A stretch of DNA of 64,000 nucleotides from an uncultured Acidobacteriota bacterium (GTDB lineage Bacteria > Acidobacteriota > Thermoanaerobaculia > Gp7-AA8). The first letter of the stretch is position 1. Each line of letters starts with the position of its first letter. Below, in pieces: positions 8,832 to 20,608 of this stretch. The DNA lies in NCBI GenBank assembly GCA_963741955.1, contig CAVUKB010000010.1:320001-384000 (forward strand). The letters are read 5' to 3'. The notes beneath the pieces are model-generated. The model ran no database searches and was not told the origin of the DNA. It worked only from the letters and a program-made list of their open reading frames with translations. Position numbers and translations under genes: made by a program.

Positions 8832-11800
8832 GTGACCTGGATCCAGGATCTCTTCAGCCCCGAAGCCCGCTCGTGGGAAGACTTCTACCGGAACCGGTGG
8901 TCTCACGACAGAGTCGTCCGCAGCACCCACGGAGTGAACTGCACCGGCGGCTGCAGCTGGAACATCCACGTCAAGCAGGGTCTGGTGACGTGGGAGTACC
9001 AGGCGCTCGACTATCCGCGTTTCGATCCCGACATTCCGTCCTACGAGCCGCGCGGATGCCAGCGCGGGATCTCGCACTCCTGGTACGTCTACAGTCCTCT
9101 GCGGGTGAAGTACCCGTACGTGCGCGGGACTCTCCTCGACCTCTGGAAAGAATCGCTGAAGAAGCACTCCGATCCGATCGCAGCGTGGGAATCACTGGTG
9201 ACCGACGATGCGGCGCGCGCGAAGTGGCAGAAGGCGCGCGGGAAGGGAGGGTTCCGCCGCGCAAGCTGGAACGAAGTGCTGCCGATGCTCGCAGCCGCGA
9301 ACCTCTACACTGCACGACGCCACGGTCCCGACCGGGTGATCGGCTTCTCGCCCATCCCGGCGATGTCGATGGTCAGCTATGCCGCCGGCGCGCGGTATCT
9401 GCAGCTTCTCGGCGGGGTCTGTCTTTCGTTCTACGACTGGTACTGCGATCTTCCTCCCGCCTCGCCGGAGATCTGGGGCGAGCAGACCGACGTCGGGGAG
9501 AGCGCCGACTGGTACAAGTCGCGGTACATCGCGGTAGTCGGCTCCAACGTCCTCGGGACGCGGACGCCCGACGCGCACTTTCTGGTCGAAGCGCGGCATC
9601 AGGGAGCGAAAGTCGTGGTCTTCTCTCCCGATCTCAGTCAGACGTCCAAGGTCGCCGACGAGTGGGTTCCGATCCATCAGGGACAGGACGGCGCGTTCTG
9701 GATGGCGGTCACCCACGTCCTCCTCGAGGAGTTCCACACGAAGAGAACCGTTCCCTACTTCGACGACTATCTCCGCCGATACACGGACGGCCCGTTCCTG
9801 GTCGAGCTCGAGCCGGACGGCCATGGCGGTTATGGTGCCGGATCGCTGCTGCGCAGCTCCGCGCTCCCCGAGTCGAAGGACGAGGAGCTCGGCGAATGGA
9901 AGCTCGTGGTCATCGACGAAGATCTGAAGCTCCGGATGCCGCAGGGGACGGTCGGGCATCGCTGGCAGAAGAAGAAGGGACAGTGGAATCTCGAGTCGCG
10001 CGATGCGCGCAGCGGCGAAGAATACACGCCGCGTCTCACCCTCGCCGGAGCGAGTGACGAGGTCGTCCTCGTCCGGATCGACGACTTTTCGGAGCCGGGG
10101 ACTCCGGGCCTGATCCGGCGCAGCGTTCCCGCTCGACGGATCGAGACGATGGACGGACCGCGGCTCGTCACCACCGCATTCGATCTTCTCCTCGCCCAGT
10201 ACGGCGTCCGCCGCGACCTCGGCGAAGGGCCGGAGGGCGAATGGCCCGAAGGTTACGCCGACGCCGCGCAACCGTTCACTCCTGCATGGCAGGAACAGTT
10301 CACCGGAGTGGCGGCCGCCGACGTGATCCGCTTCGCGCGCGAGTGGGGGAAGACTGCGGAGACGACGAAGGGGCGCTGCATGATCATCATCGGCGCCGGC
10401 GTCAATCACTGGTACCACAACAATCTGATTTACCGCGCCGCCATCACCGCGCTGATGGTCACCGGCTGCATCGGTCGCAACGGCGGCGGTTGGAACCACT
10501 ACGTCGGTCAGGAGAAGCTCGTCCCCGTCGCATCCTGGGCGCCGATTGCGTTTGCGCAGGACTGGGGCGGTCCGCCACGTCTGCAGAACGCGCCGTCGTT
10601 CCACTACATGCACTCGGATCAGTGGCGCTACGACCGTCCGTTCGGCGAAGTCTGTCCGGTCGCCGACGACGGCCAGCCGATGGCGTCCGGCCACACCGCC
10701 GACCTGCAGGCTAAAGCCGTTCGCTGTGGCTGGCTCCCCTGTTATCCGCAGTTCGATCGGACCAACGCGAGCGTTCTCGAAGAGGCGCGTGCGGCAGGTG
10801 AGGATGTCGCGAGTCACGTGGTCGGGCAGCTCCGCCAGCGCAACCTTCGCTTCTCGATGGAGGATCCCGACAACCCCGAGTCGTTCCCACGCGTCTGGTA
10901 CATCTGGCGCGGGAACGCCCTGCAGGCCTCCGCCAAAGGACACGAGTACTTCCTCGAGCACTACCTCGGTACCGACAGCGCTTCGGTCGCGGCGGAGGAA
11001 GGGGAGGGATTCGTCGAGGACGTCGTCTGGCGCGACGTCGCGGCAAAGGGGAAGCTCGACCTGGTCGTCGACCTGAACTTCAGGATGGACACCTCCGCCC
11101 TCTACTCCGATGTCGTCCTCCCCGCCGCCTCGTGGTACGAGAAGGACGACCTCAACTCGACGGACCTCCACAGCTTCATCCATCCACTCCAGCGCGCGAT
11201 CACCCCCTGCTGGGAGTCGAAGAGCGACTGGCAGATCTTCCGCGAGCTCGCCCGGGTGACCCAGGAGATCGCACAGGAGTGGATGCCTGACCCCTTCGAG
11301 GATCTCGTCCTCACCCCTCTGATGCACGACACCGCCGCTGAAGTCGCGCAGCCGGACGTGCGTGACTGGGCGAAGGGAGAGTGCGAGCCGGTTCCCGGAA
11401 AGACGATGGCGAACATCACCGTCGTCACCCGTGACTACGCGAATCTCTACAACCGGTTCGTCTCCCTGGGGCCGAAATTCCGAGACGGCGGACTCGGCGC
11501 GCACGGTACGAAGTATCCGGTCGACGATGTGTACGACCGCTGGCGCGAGATTCACGCGGTCGAAAAGTGGGATGGCGAGACGTATCCCTCTCTGCGCGAA
11601 GACCGCTCCGTCTGTGACACCATTCTCCGTTTCGCGCCGGAGACGAACGGCGAGCTCGCGTGGCGGGCGTTCCGCTCCGAGTCGGAGAAGACCGGTCGCG
11701 ACCACACCCATCTCGCGGAGAAGACCCGTGGCGTGACGTACAGCTTCGACGATCTGGTGCGCCAGCCTCGTCGAGTCCTCACCTCCCCGTACTGGACCGG

Positions 11801-12473
11801 CATCACGGGCGACGGCCGTACGTACGCGGCATTCTGTCAGAACGTCGAAGAGCTGATCCCGTGGCGCACCCTCACCGGACGGCAGCATCTCTATCTCGAC
11901 CACCAGGTCTACCGGGCCTTCGGCGAGCACCTCCCGACCTTCAAACCGCGCCCGGACCAGAGGGCGCTCGGCGATCTCGAACAAACCCCCGCCGACCATC
12001 GTTCGCTGGTCCTCAACTACCTCACCCCTCACGGGAAGTGGCATATTCACTCCACGTACGGCGACACGCTCCGGATGGAGACGCTCTCCCGCGGCATCGA
12101 GCCGATCTGGATGAACGACCGCGACGCGGGACTCCTCGGGATTCGCGACAACGACTGGGTCGAGGTGCTGAACGACCACGGCGTCGTCGTCACCCGCGCG
12201 TGCGTCAGCGCACGCATCCCGCGCGGAATGTGCTTCATCTACCACGCGACGGAGCGGACCATCGGAACGCCGAAGACGACCACTCGACTTCGTAACGGAA
12301 AACCGCGGCGCGCCGGCGCGCACAACAGTCTGACCCGGGTGCGGCTCAAGCCGGTGTTCATGATCGGCGGGTACGCGCAGTTCACGTACGCATTCAACTA
12401 CTGGGGGCCGCCCGGCGTGAACCGGGACACCTACGTCGTGGTTCGCAAGACGGAGAGGAAACCCGAATGGTGA
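8832..12473 (+). CDS. narG: Respiratory nitrate reductase alpha subunit (cytoplasm-facing, no Tat leader)
   Basis: [14 protein letters not shown] (FS0), [57 protein letters not shown]; 1213 aa. Confidence 0.97.
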   Translation: MTWIQDLFSPEARSWEDFYRNRWSHDRVVRSTHGVNCTGGCSWNIHVKQGLVTWEYQALDYPRFDPDIPSYEPRGCQRGISHSWYVYSPLRVKYPYVRGTLLDLWKESLKKHSDPIAAWESLVTDDAARAKWQKARGKGGFRRASWNEVLPMLAAANLYTARRHGPDRVIGFSPIPAMSMVSYAAGARYLQLLGGVCLSFYDWYCDLPPASPEIWGEQTDVGESADWYKSRYIAVVGSNVLGTRTPDAHFLVEARHQGAKVVVFSPDLSQTSKVADEWVPIHQGQDGAFWMAVTHVLLEEFHTKRTVPYFDDYLRRYTDGPFLVELEPDGHGGYGAGSLLRSSALPESKDEELGEWKLVVIDEDLKLRMPQGTVGHRWQKKKGQWNLESRDARSGEEYTPRLTLAGASDEVVLVRIDDFSEPGTPGLIRRSVPARRIETMDGPRLVTTAFDLLLAQYGVRRDLGEGPEGEWPEGYADAAQPFTPAWQEQFTGVAAADVIRFAREWGKTAETTKGRCMIIIGAGVNHWYHNNLIYRAAITALMVTGCIGRNGGGWNHYVGQEKLVPVASWAPIAFAQDWGGPPRLQNAPSFHYMHSDQWRYDRPFGEVCPVADDGQPMASGHTADLQAKAVRCGWLPCYPQFDRTNASVLEEARAAGEDVASHVVGQLRQRNLRFSMEDPDNPESFPRVWYIWRGNALQASAKGHEYFLEHYLGTDSASVAAEEGEGFVEDVVWRDVAAKGKLDLVVDLNFRMDTSALYSDVVLPAASWYEKDDLNSTDLHSFIHPLQRAITPCWESKSDWQIFRELARVTQEIAQEWMPDPFEDLVLTPLMHDTAAEVAQPDVRDWAKGECEPVPGKTMANITVVTRDYANLYNRFVSLGPKFRDGGLGAHGTKYPVDDVYDRWREIHAVEKWDGETYPSLREDRSVCDTILRFAPETNGELAWRAFRSESEKTGRDHTHLAEKTRGVTYSFDDLVRQPRRVLTSPYWTGITGDGRTYAAFCQNVEELIPWRTLTGRQHLYLDHQVYRAFGEHLPTFKPRPDQRALGDLEQTPADHRSLVLNYLTPHGKWHIHSTYGDTLRMETLSRGIEPIWMNDRDAGLLGIRDNDWVEVLNDHGVVVTRACVSARIPRGMCFIYHATERTIGTPKTTTRLRNGKPRRAGAHNSLTRVRLKPVFMIGGYAQFTYAFNYWGPPGVNRDTYVVVRKTERKPEW

Positions 12474-12487
12474 GCTCGAACGGAGAA

Positions 12488-13992
<1,505 letters not shown>

Positions 13993-13996
<4 letters not shown>

Positions 13997-14553
13997 GCGC
14001 GGTGGACGTGGAACCGCTTTGTCTGGGAGTGGAGACACTCGGCGTGCTGTCGCCTCTCTTCCGGTATCCGGCAGAGGGATACGCGCGTGCTCTCGACTTT
14101 GCGCGCGTTTTCGAGACGGAGATCGACGCGGCTGCAGGAAGCGCGCTCGCTCGATTCGCCGCAGAGATCGAGCCGCTCAGTCGAGGCCAGCTCGAGTCGA
14201 CGTACACCCACACCTTCGATCTCGCGCCGTCGTGCAGCCCGTACCTCGGCGCGCACCTCTTCGGTGACGAGACGCCGGATCGCGCGCGGCTGATGGTGGG
14301 CCTCCGGATGACGTACCGGAACCACGGGATCGACGTCGACGGGCGTGAACTGCCGGACCACGTCGCGGAGGTGCTCGAACATGCGCGCTGCTTCGAAGGC
14401 GCAGAGTGGTTCGAGCTCGGAAGGCTGATCCTGATTCCCGCGCTCGATCGGATGACGGCGATTCTCGAATCAACGACGAATCCGTACCGGCATCTCCTCG
14501 ACGCGACCCGGCGAGTGGCTCGGACACTTTTCGAAGAAGGAGGTCTATCGTGA
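13993..14553 (+). CDS. narJ: Nitrate reductase molybdenum cofactor assembly chaperone
   Basis: ATGA overlap with the narH stop; LFRYP, YTHTFDL..SPYLG.HLFG, ELPDHV, NPYR motifs. Confidence 0.9.
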
Positions 14554-15878
14554 CCGGCGCCCCGATCGAAAACCTCCTTCTCACCGGGATTCCCTACGCC
14601 GCGATCGTCGTCTTCATCGCCGGGATGTTCTGGCGGATTCGATCGCAGTTCTCGATCTCATCGCTCTCCTCGCAGTTTCTCGAAAGTCGATGGCTCGTCT
14701 GGGGCTCGGTCCCGTTTCACCTCGGGATCACCATCCTGTTCATCGGACATCTGATTCCGGTCATCATCCCGGGGGCGTGGAAAGTACTCGTCTCGAATGC
14801 CTCGTTCCGCATCGCCGTGGAGAGCGTCGGACTCGGCGCGGCGGTACTCACCCTGATCGGGCTGCTCGTCCTCTTCGTGCGTCGGATCACTTCGCGGACG
14901 GTGCAGCCGAATTCGACGGTGATGGATCTGGTGGTGCTCGGAATCCTGATCTTTCAGGTCGCGGTGGGAACGGGAGTGGCGGCGCTTCACCGGTGGGGAT
15001 CACTCTGGTCGGTGGGAACGACCACGCCGTACCTCTGGAGTCTCCTCACCCTCCACCCCGATCCGGCCCTGGTCGGCGGGATGCCGCCTCTGATGCAGCT
15101 CCACCTCACAGGCGCGTGGGTGGTGCTCGCGCTGATCCCGTTCACCCGCCTCGTGCACATGTTCTCCCTCCCTCTGCAGTACCTTGCCAGACCGCCGCAG
15201 CGCGTGATCTGGGCGAGCGCTCGAAGACGTCTCGCGGACGAGCGGCGTGAGGAACGGGACGTTGCGGGACGGCGTCTCCTCCTGAGGGGCGCGGTCGGTG
15301 TGGGAGCCGCGGGCGTCCTTCTCTCCATCGGTGTCGCCGACAAACTCTTCAACTACTTCCGCGGCCCGCAGATGACGCTGGACGAAGAAGCCGCGCTCCT
15401 CAAGAAACGACTCGGCCGGCTCGAAGCGACGACCGAGCAGCGGCAGCTCGAGCTCGAGCGGATGCGGAAGTCGTACATCCGCGTCGCGCGTCTCGGCGAT
15501 CTCTCACGCGACACCGGCTTCTACTTCGTCGATTACCAGATGCGGCCGGCGCTCGCGTTCCGGAACGCCGAGGGTCTGCCCCACCTGATCTCGGCCAAGT
15601 GCACGCACCTCGGGTGCACGGTGGCGAAGGACGTCGACCCGGAAGGACGGATCGTCTGTCCGTGCCACATCTCGTACTTCAACGTCGCGACCGGCGTCCC
15701 GCAGCCGGGATCGCCGGCCAAGGCGCCGCTTCCGATGCTCGGCTGGGTGCTGCGCGAGCCTCAGGGCGGCATCGTCGCGAAGAGAACCGCCGACGGACGG
15801 ATGGAGGGGAAGATCGATCCGGCGGTGCTCGACGACTACGAAGTGTGGATCTCGCGCGAGATGGAGGTTCAGGCCTGA
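14550..15878 (+). CDS. narI: Nitrate reductase gamma subunit (NarI) fused to a C-terminal Rieske [2Fe-2S] domain
   Basis: GTG at 14550 follows GGAGG. NarI motifs SSLSSQFLE, PFHLGI..IGH and QLH..PFTRLVH give four haem His. These are followed by GRRLLLRG plus a TM helix, a helical linker, and Rieske boxes CTHLGC and CPCH, all in one frame. Confidence 0.88.
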   Translation: MTGAPIENLLLTGIPYAAIVVFIAGMFWRIRSQFSISSLSSQFLESRWLVWGSVPFHLGITILFIGHLIPVIIPGAWKVLVSNASFRIAVESVGLGAAVLTLIGLLVLFVRRITSRTVQPNSTVMDLVVLGILIFQVAVGTGVAALHRWGSLWSVGTTTPYLWSLLTLHPDPALVGGMPPLMQLHLTGAWVVLALIPFTRLVHMFSLPLQYLARPPQRVIWASARRRLADERREERDVAGRRLLLRGAVGVGAAGVLLSIGVADKLFNYFRGPQMTLDEEAALLKKRLGRLEATTEQRQLELERMRKSYIRVARLGDLSRDTGFYFVDYQMRPALAFRNAEGLPHLISAKCTHLGCTVAKDVDPEGRIVCPCHISYFNVATGVPQPGSPAKAPLPMLGWVLREPQGGIVAKRTADGRMEGKIDPAVLDDYEVWISREMEVQA

Positions 15879-16978
15879 TGCCGACACGATTCCAGGCGGC
15901 GACCGCATTCCTCTCCGAGCGCCTTCCGCTCGAGAAGATGAGCGTGCGCTCGCTCATCACCACCAAGATGGTGCCGGTCCACCGCATGAGCTGGGCCTAC
16001 TACCTCGGCGGACTCACGCTCTTCTTATTCATGGTCCAGATGGTGACGGGCCTGATGCTCCTCTTCTATTACGAGCCGACGGTCAGTGATGCGCACGCAT
16101 CGGTCGAGAGGATCACCGAGCACGTGGTCGGTGGTGGGCTGGTGCGGAATCTTCACACCTGGGCCGCGTCGGCCATGATTCTGATGGTGCTCGCGCACAT
16201 GATCACCACCTTCGCGATGAAGGCGTTCGACAAACCGCGCGAGATCACCTGGCTGAGTGGAGTGACTCTGCTTCTTCTCGCGTTCGGATTCGGGTTCACC
16301 GGTTACCTTCTGCCGTGGCACCAGATCGCGGTCAATGCGACCAAGGTGGGACTGCAGTCGATCGAAGACGTCGGGCAATACCTCCCGACGGCGATCGCCA
16401 CCTGGCCTACCCGGCTCCGGGAGCTCATCCAGGGCGAACCGGCGGTGGGACAGGCCACGCTCTCGCGTTTCTACGCCATCCACGTCGTCGTCCTCCCGCT
16501 GGTGTTCCTCGGGTTAGTCGGGCTCCACCTTCTCTCCGTGCAGCTTCACGGCATGAGCCGCGGAGTCGACCGGCCGACGGACCGCACCGAGCGCTTCTTC
16601 CCGTTCTTCATCCTCAAGGATTTCTGGGTGTGGGGCGTGGCGTTCCTGGCGATCTTCACCCTCGCTCTCACGCTGCCGTTCGAATCGTTCTTTCAATATC
16701 CCCTTTTCGAGGCCTACAACGCGATGGGCTCGACGCCGGACGGGATCAAGCCGGAATGGTATTTCTACTTCGTCTACTATCCGCTCGAGCTGCTCCCGTT
16801 CTGGGTGGTGGGGCTCCTGATGAACGGCGCGATCGTCACGCTGTTCGTCTCACCCTGGATCTTCAAAGGGACCAAACGACGGACTCTACAGACGCTCGCG
16901 GTGATCGCGACGACGTACCTCGTGGTGATGACGCTCTTCGGGGGTCAGATCTACAGCGTCTTCCGAGGAGGCAAGTGA
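15878..16978 (+). CDS. Cytochrome b subunit of a Rieske/cytochrome b (bc-type) complex
   Basis: TGATG coupling to narI-Rieske; YYLGG, RNLHTW...LAH, TGYLLPW, TLSRFYAIH...LH, and the Qo motif IKPEWYF. Confidence 0.93.
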   Translation: MPTRFQAATAFLSERLPLEKMSVRSLITTKMVPVHRMSWAYYLGGLTLFLFMVQMVTGLMLLFYYEPTVSDAHASVERITEHVVGGGLVRNLHTWAASAMILMVLAHMITTFAMKAFDKPREITWLSGVTLLLLAFGFGFTGYLLPWHQIAVNATKVGLQSIEDVGQYLPTAIATWPTRLRELIQGEPAVGQATLSRFYAIHVVVLPLVFLGLVGLHLLSVQLHGMSRGVDRPTDRTERFFPFFILKDFWVWGVAFLAIFTLALTLPFESFFQYPLFEAYNAMGSTPDGIKPEWYFYFVYYPLELLPFWVVGLLMNGAIVTLFVSPWIFKGTKRRTLQTLAVIATTYLVVMTLFGGQIYSVFRGGK

Positions 16979-17634
16979 TGCGCGCGCGTCTGCTCGGCGC
17001 GATGACCTTGGCGCTGTTGGTCTCTGCGAACGCCTGGGCTTATCCCGAGTTCCAGACCTGGATCTCGAAGCACTCCGGCCATTCCGTCGACTGCGCGATG
17101 TGCCACGTGAATCCGGAGGGGCCGGAGGGATTGGGGGAGGGGCAGATCAGGGGTCTCGACCGTCAGGAGCTCGAACGGCTGAACGACGCGCGTGCGGCGT
17201 TTCAGCCCGGGATCAGGATCGACAGTCCGATCCTGAACGAATTCGGGAATCGCATCATCGAACGGCTCGGACGGAAGGAGTTTCTGGAGATCCGAGTGAC
17301 GGATCCGGGGCGGCTGGTTGCGAAGTACGGCTTCGAATCCGATCTCGACGGCGACGGGATCCCCGACGCACAGGAGTATCTCGACGGGACGCTTCCGATC
17401 GACCCGCGGAGTGGCGATCCATGGCTGCTGTTCGCGCATAATCTCGGCCGCCGATGGCTCGACCTCCTGATGGTGATCCTCGCTACGCTGTGCGGGCTCT
17501 TCGGTCTCAACCAGATGCTCCACTGGTTCGAATTCGCGTCGCGCGAAGAAGAGACCGCGGATGCGACGGTGGACGAACGACATCCCCGGCCGCGCCGCCG
17601 CCCCACCCGCGCACGGACTTCGATTTCGAGCTGA
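16978..17634 (+). CDS. Membrane-anchored monohaem c-type cytochrome-like protein with a DxDxDG loop
   Basis: TGATG coupling to cyt b; signal peptide ...SANAWA; CAMCH; DLDGDGIPDAQE; C-terminal TM helix. Confidence 0.7.
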   Translation: MRARLLGAMTLALLVSANAWAYPEFQTWISKHSGHSVDCAMCHVNPEGPEGLGEGQIRGLDRQELERLNDARAAFQPGIRIDSPILNEFGNRIIERLGRKEFLEIRVTDPGRLVAKYGFESDLDGDGIPDAQEYLDGTLPIDPRSGDPWLLFAHNLGRRWLDLLMVILATLCGLFGLNQMLHWFEFASREEETADATVDERHPRPRRRPTRARTSISS

Positions 17635-17642
17635 AGCAGGAA

Positions 17643-17948
17643 TCAAGAGTGGGGCGATCCACTTCGGCTGGTGTGCCAGAGCTCGAGGACGGCGACGGTC
17701 TGATCCTCTTCCGAGATCGTGTAATACAAATAGTAACCAACGGACGAGAGGAGGATTCTCCGAAGGTGGGGAATCGCGGTGTGTTTCACCGATTCACAGG
17801 CTCTCGGGAACGACGTCAGAGCCAGGAATCCTCGCTAGATCTCCTACGAGAAGAGCAGAGGTGCAGTGCCGCGGTTCTCGAGCCACCACGCGGCGGGTTT
17901 TTCGATCTGGCGCTCGGCGCGGGGAGAGACGCGGATCCGATAACTCAA
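17643..17948 (-). pseudogene. RelE/ParE-family toxin pseudogene
   Basis: Manual translation: MSYRIRVSPRAERQIEKPAAWWLENRGTAPLLFS*EI*RGF...LRRILLSSVGYYLYY...VLELWHTSR. Two in-frame TAG codons at 17844-17846 and 17835-17837. Confidence 0.75.
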
Positions 17949-18168
17949 CGACCGCTGTCCTCGAGCCTCCGAATCAGATCGTCATCGTTCATGAAATTAC
18001 CGGACTGAATTTCTTTCAGCGACTCGAGAAGCGCGTCCTCCTCAGTGCGGGAGAGGGAGACGGGCTCGTTCGTCCCGGAGGCGAGGACCGCAACCGGAGT
18101 CCCATCTTCCAATGCGCCCGGGGAAGCGCAATTTTTCCGTCGACAACGGTTCGGGTCACGATCTTCAT
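17945..18168 (-). pseudogene. Putative cognate antitoxin, frameshifted
   Basis: MKIVTRTVVDGKIALP, then a 1-nt shift in a C run near 18120 to GALEDGTPVAVL...LSRTEEDALLESLKEIQSG...LIRRLE. Its stop overlaps the toxin TTG start. Confidence 0.6.
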
Positions 18169-18237
18169 CAATTCAGTCTACCCGCACATCCGCCAGAGAA
18201 TTTCCGTTCGAGCGAGACGGTGTGAGAAATACGGGCC

Positions 18238-18400
18238 AGGAGTCTGCGCGGTAGAAACGTCCGTAGTGAGAAAGCGGAGCAGCGAGGCCAAATTCGTTCG
18301 GATTTGAGGTGCGTAGCGGTGGCTACTCGCCGAAAATCGGGGCGGATTTGGACCGCTGATCCGCTTTCGCAGCAGGACGGTTTCTATCGCGCAGACTCCT
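18238..18400. mobile_element. MITE-like element with ~60-bp imperfect terminal inverted repeats
   Basis: Left arm AGGAGTCTGCGCGGTAGAAAC...GAAAGCGGAGCAGCG. The right arm's reverse complement reads AGGAGTCTGCGCGATAGAAAC...GAAAGCGGATCAGCG. No coding capacity. Confidence 0.6.
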
Positions 18401-18456
18401 AGGGGACAGCGATTTCGTACAATCAGAACCACCCCATGACAGGAGGCCCGTTCCCG

Positions 18457-18804
18457 ATGCCGATCCCGACGATCCTGAAATCGATCGCTCTTTTCATCGC
18501 GGCCGGACTCTGCGAGATCGGGGGCGGCTATCTCGTCTGGCTCTGGCTCCGCGAGTCGCGCGGATTCGTCCTCGGCGCAGCCGGCGGCCTGATCCTCTTT
18601 CTTTACGGCATCCTCCCGACCTTCCAGCCCGCGCACTTCGGTCGCGTCTACGCCGCGTACGGAGGAGTCTTCGTGGTGATGTCGCTCCTGTGGGGGTGGT
18701 GGATCGACGGCCGTCGTCCGGACGCTCCCGACTGGATCGGCGCCGCGTTCTGCGCGGTCGGCGTTGCGGTGATCATGTACTGGCCTCGAACGGTGGCGAG
18801 GTGA
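18457..18804 (+). CDS. ynfA: YnfA/UPF0060 family small membrane protein
   Basis: [17 protein letters not shown] and [28 protein letters not shown]; AGGAGG upstream of the ATG at 18457. Confidence 0.92.
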   Translation: MPIPTILKSIALFIAAGLCEIGGGYLVWLWLRESRGFVLGAAGGLILFLYGILPTFQPAHFGRVYAAYGGVFVVMSLLWGWWIDGRRPDAPDWIGAAFCAVGVAVIMYWPRTVAR

Positions 18805-18896
18805 TTGAGCGCACGAGTCTTGATGGCATGAGGGGATCACATCGGACCGCGACGACGGCCATGGAGAAACGACGGCTTCCATGAGAGGATGCGAGG

Positions 18897-20573
18897 ATGC
18901 GGCAGACCTCGCTCATGTGGATTCTCGCGCTCATCCTCGTCCTCCCGTCACCGGCCGCAGCGCAGACTCCTCACGTGTACTCCGAATCGATCGAGGTTCG
19001 CGTGGCGACCGTCGACGTGGTGGTCACGGACTCGAGCGGCCGGTACGTGCCGAATCTGACGAGGAACGATTTCGAGCTGTTCGAGAACGGGCAGCGGCGT
19101 GACATCACGAGTTTCTACGAAGCTCGAAACCAGGCGACGGGCGCGGTGACGGCGGAGGGAGGTTCGCCGGCGAAGACTACGACCGCGGTCGTTGCGCCCG
19201 AACCGCAGCCGCGCCACATCGTGATCTTCGTCGACAGCTACAGCCTCTCGCCTTTTCATCGCCAACGGATGCGCGATTCCGTGGTGCGGTTCGCGCAGGA
19301 GGGACTGCGGCCGGGCGACGAGATCATGCTCGTCTCCTGGAATCACGAGCTCCACATCGCCGTGCCGTTCACCACGGACCGCGAGGCGGTAGTGCACGGT
19401 GTCGATGCGCTCTTCGGTTCCACCTCGGGCGGTTTCGACATGGAGCGGAGCATCCTGGAACGGCAGATCGAAATGGAGCTGCAGAACGCGTTCGCCGGAG
19501 ACAACCGGGCCGGAAGGATGCTTGAAGCGTATCGGAACTCGACCAACTTCGTCGATCACTGGTGCGAACAGCAGAGCCGCCTGCTCCGGAATCTCGGGAC
19601 CGACCTGGAACGGATCATCTCCACCATGTCGGCATCCACCGGGCGAAAGGCGCTGGTCTTCGTCGGAGAGCACCTGCCGATGCAGGTCGGTCAGGACATG
19701 TACCAGCACGTCGACGAAGTGTTCCGTCCTTACGCTTCGCTGCTCCAGAACGTCCGTTTCGGGGCGCTTCACCTGCGGTCGGGCGGCTCCAGTCAGATCC
19801 CGCTGCAGGAAGGACTGCAGAAGACCGCGAACACGAACGGGGTCGCGCTCTACATGGTCGATCCGGCCGAGCCCGAGGCGCAGAACGATGCGGGGATGAA
19901 GAGCGCCGATTCACCTGCCGAGCACTTCATGCGTTTCTCGAATACCGCGGCCTCCTTTCAGGAAATGGCGAAGGCCACCGGCGGCCTCGCGCTCCTCGCT
20001 TCGAAGAACGCCGGGCTCGCGTTCGATGCGGTGGCGGGAGATCTCGATCACTACTACTCGCTCGGGTATCGACCGGAAGGGAATCGGGAAGCGCGCGCGG
20101 TAAAGGTCAGAGTGGAGCGGCCGGGTCTCACGGTCCGCTTCCGCCGCGAGGTCGTGGTGCGGCCGCTCGAGGCCGAAGTGCGCGACGGACTGGCGGCGAA
20201 TGCGTTCACTGCTCCCGCGCGGAACGACCTCGACGTCTCGCTCTCGTTCGCTGCGCAGCGAAACAAGGGCCGCAGGCGGATCATCCTTCCCGTCACCGTG
20301 CACATCCCGTCGGCACAGCTCTCGTTTCAGGGCACGAACGACGGTTCCGCTGCGGCGATCCGCATTCTGATCGGAGCGATCGAGAGGAAGGGGACATTCT
20401 CGGCGATCACCGAACGGAGACAGGAGATCCGGATCGCGACCGGAAAGCCGCTGCCGGCGGAGATCGAGTATTCAGTCGACGTCGAGCTTCGCCGCACGAC
20501 GCAGGTCCTCTCCGTCGCGGTCATCGACGAGACCTCCGACGCGGTTGGCTACGCGCGAGCGGAACTGAAATGA
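18897..20573 (+). CDS. Secreted acidobacterial-type VWA domain protein
   Basis: Signal peptide; VDVVVTD..G..V.NL...DFELFENG, IVIFVD, GRKALVFV, MAKATGG, YYSLGYRP. Confidence 0.85.
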   Translation: MRQTSLMWILALILVLPSPAAAQTPHVYSESIEVRVATVDVVVTDSSGRYVPNLTRNDFELFENGQRRDITSFYEARNQATGAVTAEGGSPAKTTTAVVAPEPQPRHIVIFVDSYSLSPFHRQRMRDSVVRFAQEGLRPGDEIMLVSWNHELHIAVPFTTDREAVVHGVDALFGSTSGGFDMERSILERQIEMELQNAFAGDNRAGRMLEAYRNSTNFVDHWCEQQSRLLRNLGTDLERIISTMSASTGRKALVFVGEHLPMQVGQDMYQHVDEVFRPYASLLQNVRFGALHLRSGGSSQIPLQEGLQKTANTNGVALYMVDPAEPEAQNDAGMKSADSPAEHFMRFSNTAASFQEMAKATGGLALLASKNAGLAFDAVAGDLDHYYSLGYRPEGNREARAVKVRVERPGLTVRFRREVVVRPLEAEVRDGLAANAFTAPARNDLDVSLSFAAQRNKGRRRIILPVTVHIPSAQLSFQGTNDGSAAAIRILIGAIERKGTFSAITERRQEIRIATGKPLPAEIEYSVDVELRRTTQVLSVAVIDETSDAVGYARAELK

Positions 20574-20608
20574 CGTGGTGAGCGTCTCGCGGCTCGCGGC
20601 GGCGGATC

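Noticed and set aside
9192-12323. 1043-aa ORF antisense to narG
   Set aside because: Shadow frame produced by high-GC codon bias opposite a clearly real gene; no motifs.
8832-12473. Periplasmic Nar, nitrite oxidoreductase or perchlorate reductase interpretation
   Set aside because: No Tat leader, and narK, narJ and narI are present, which points to cytoplasmic NarG. A phylogeny is still needed to exclude Nitrobacter-type NxrA.
17835-17846. Amber read-through (pyrrolysine or recoding) in the ParE-like gene
   Set aside because: TAG ends normal genes in this window (RND permease, pqiC, ppk1, SDR) and the partner antitoxin is also broken; pseudogenisation is simpler.
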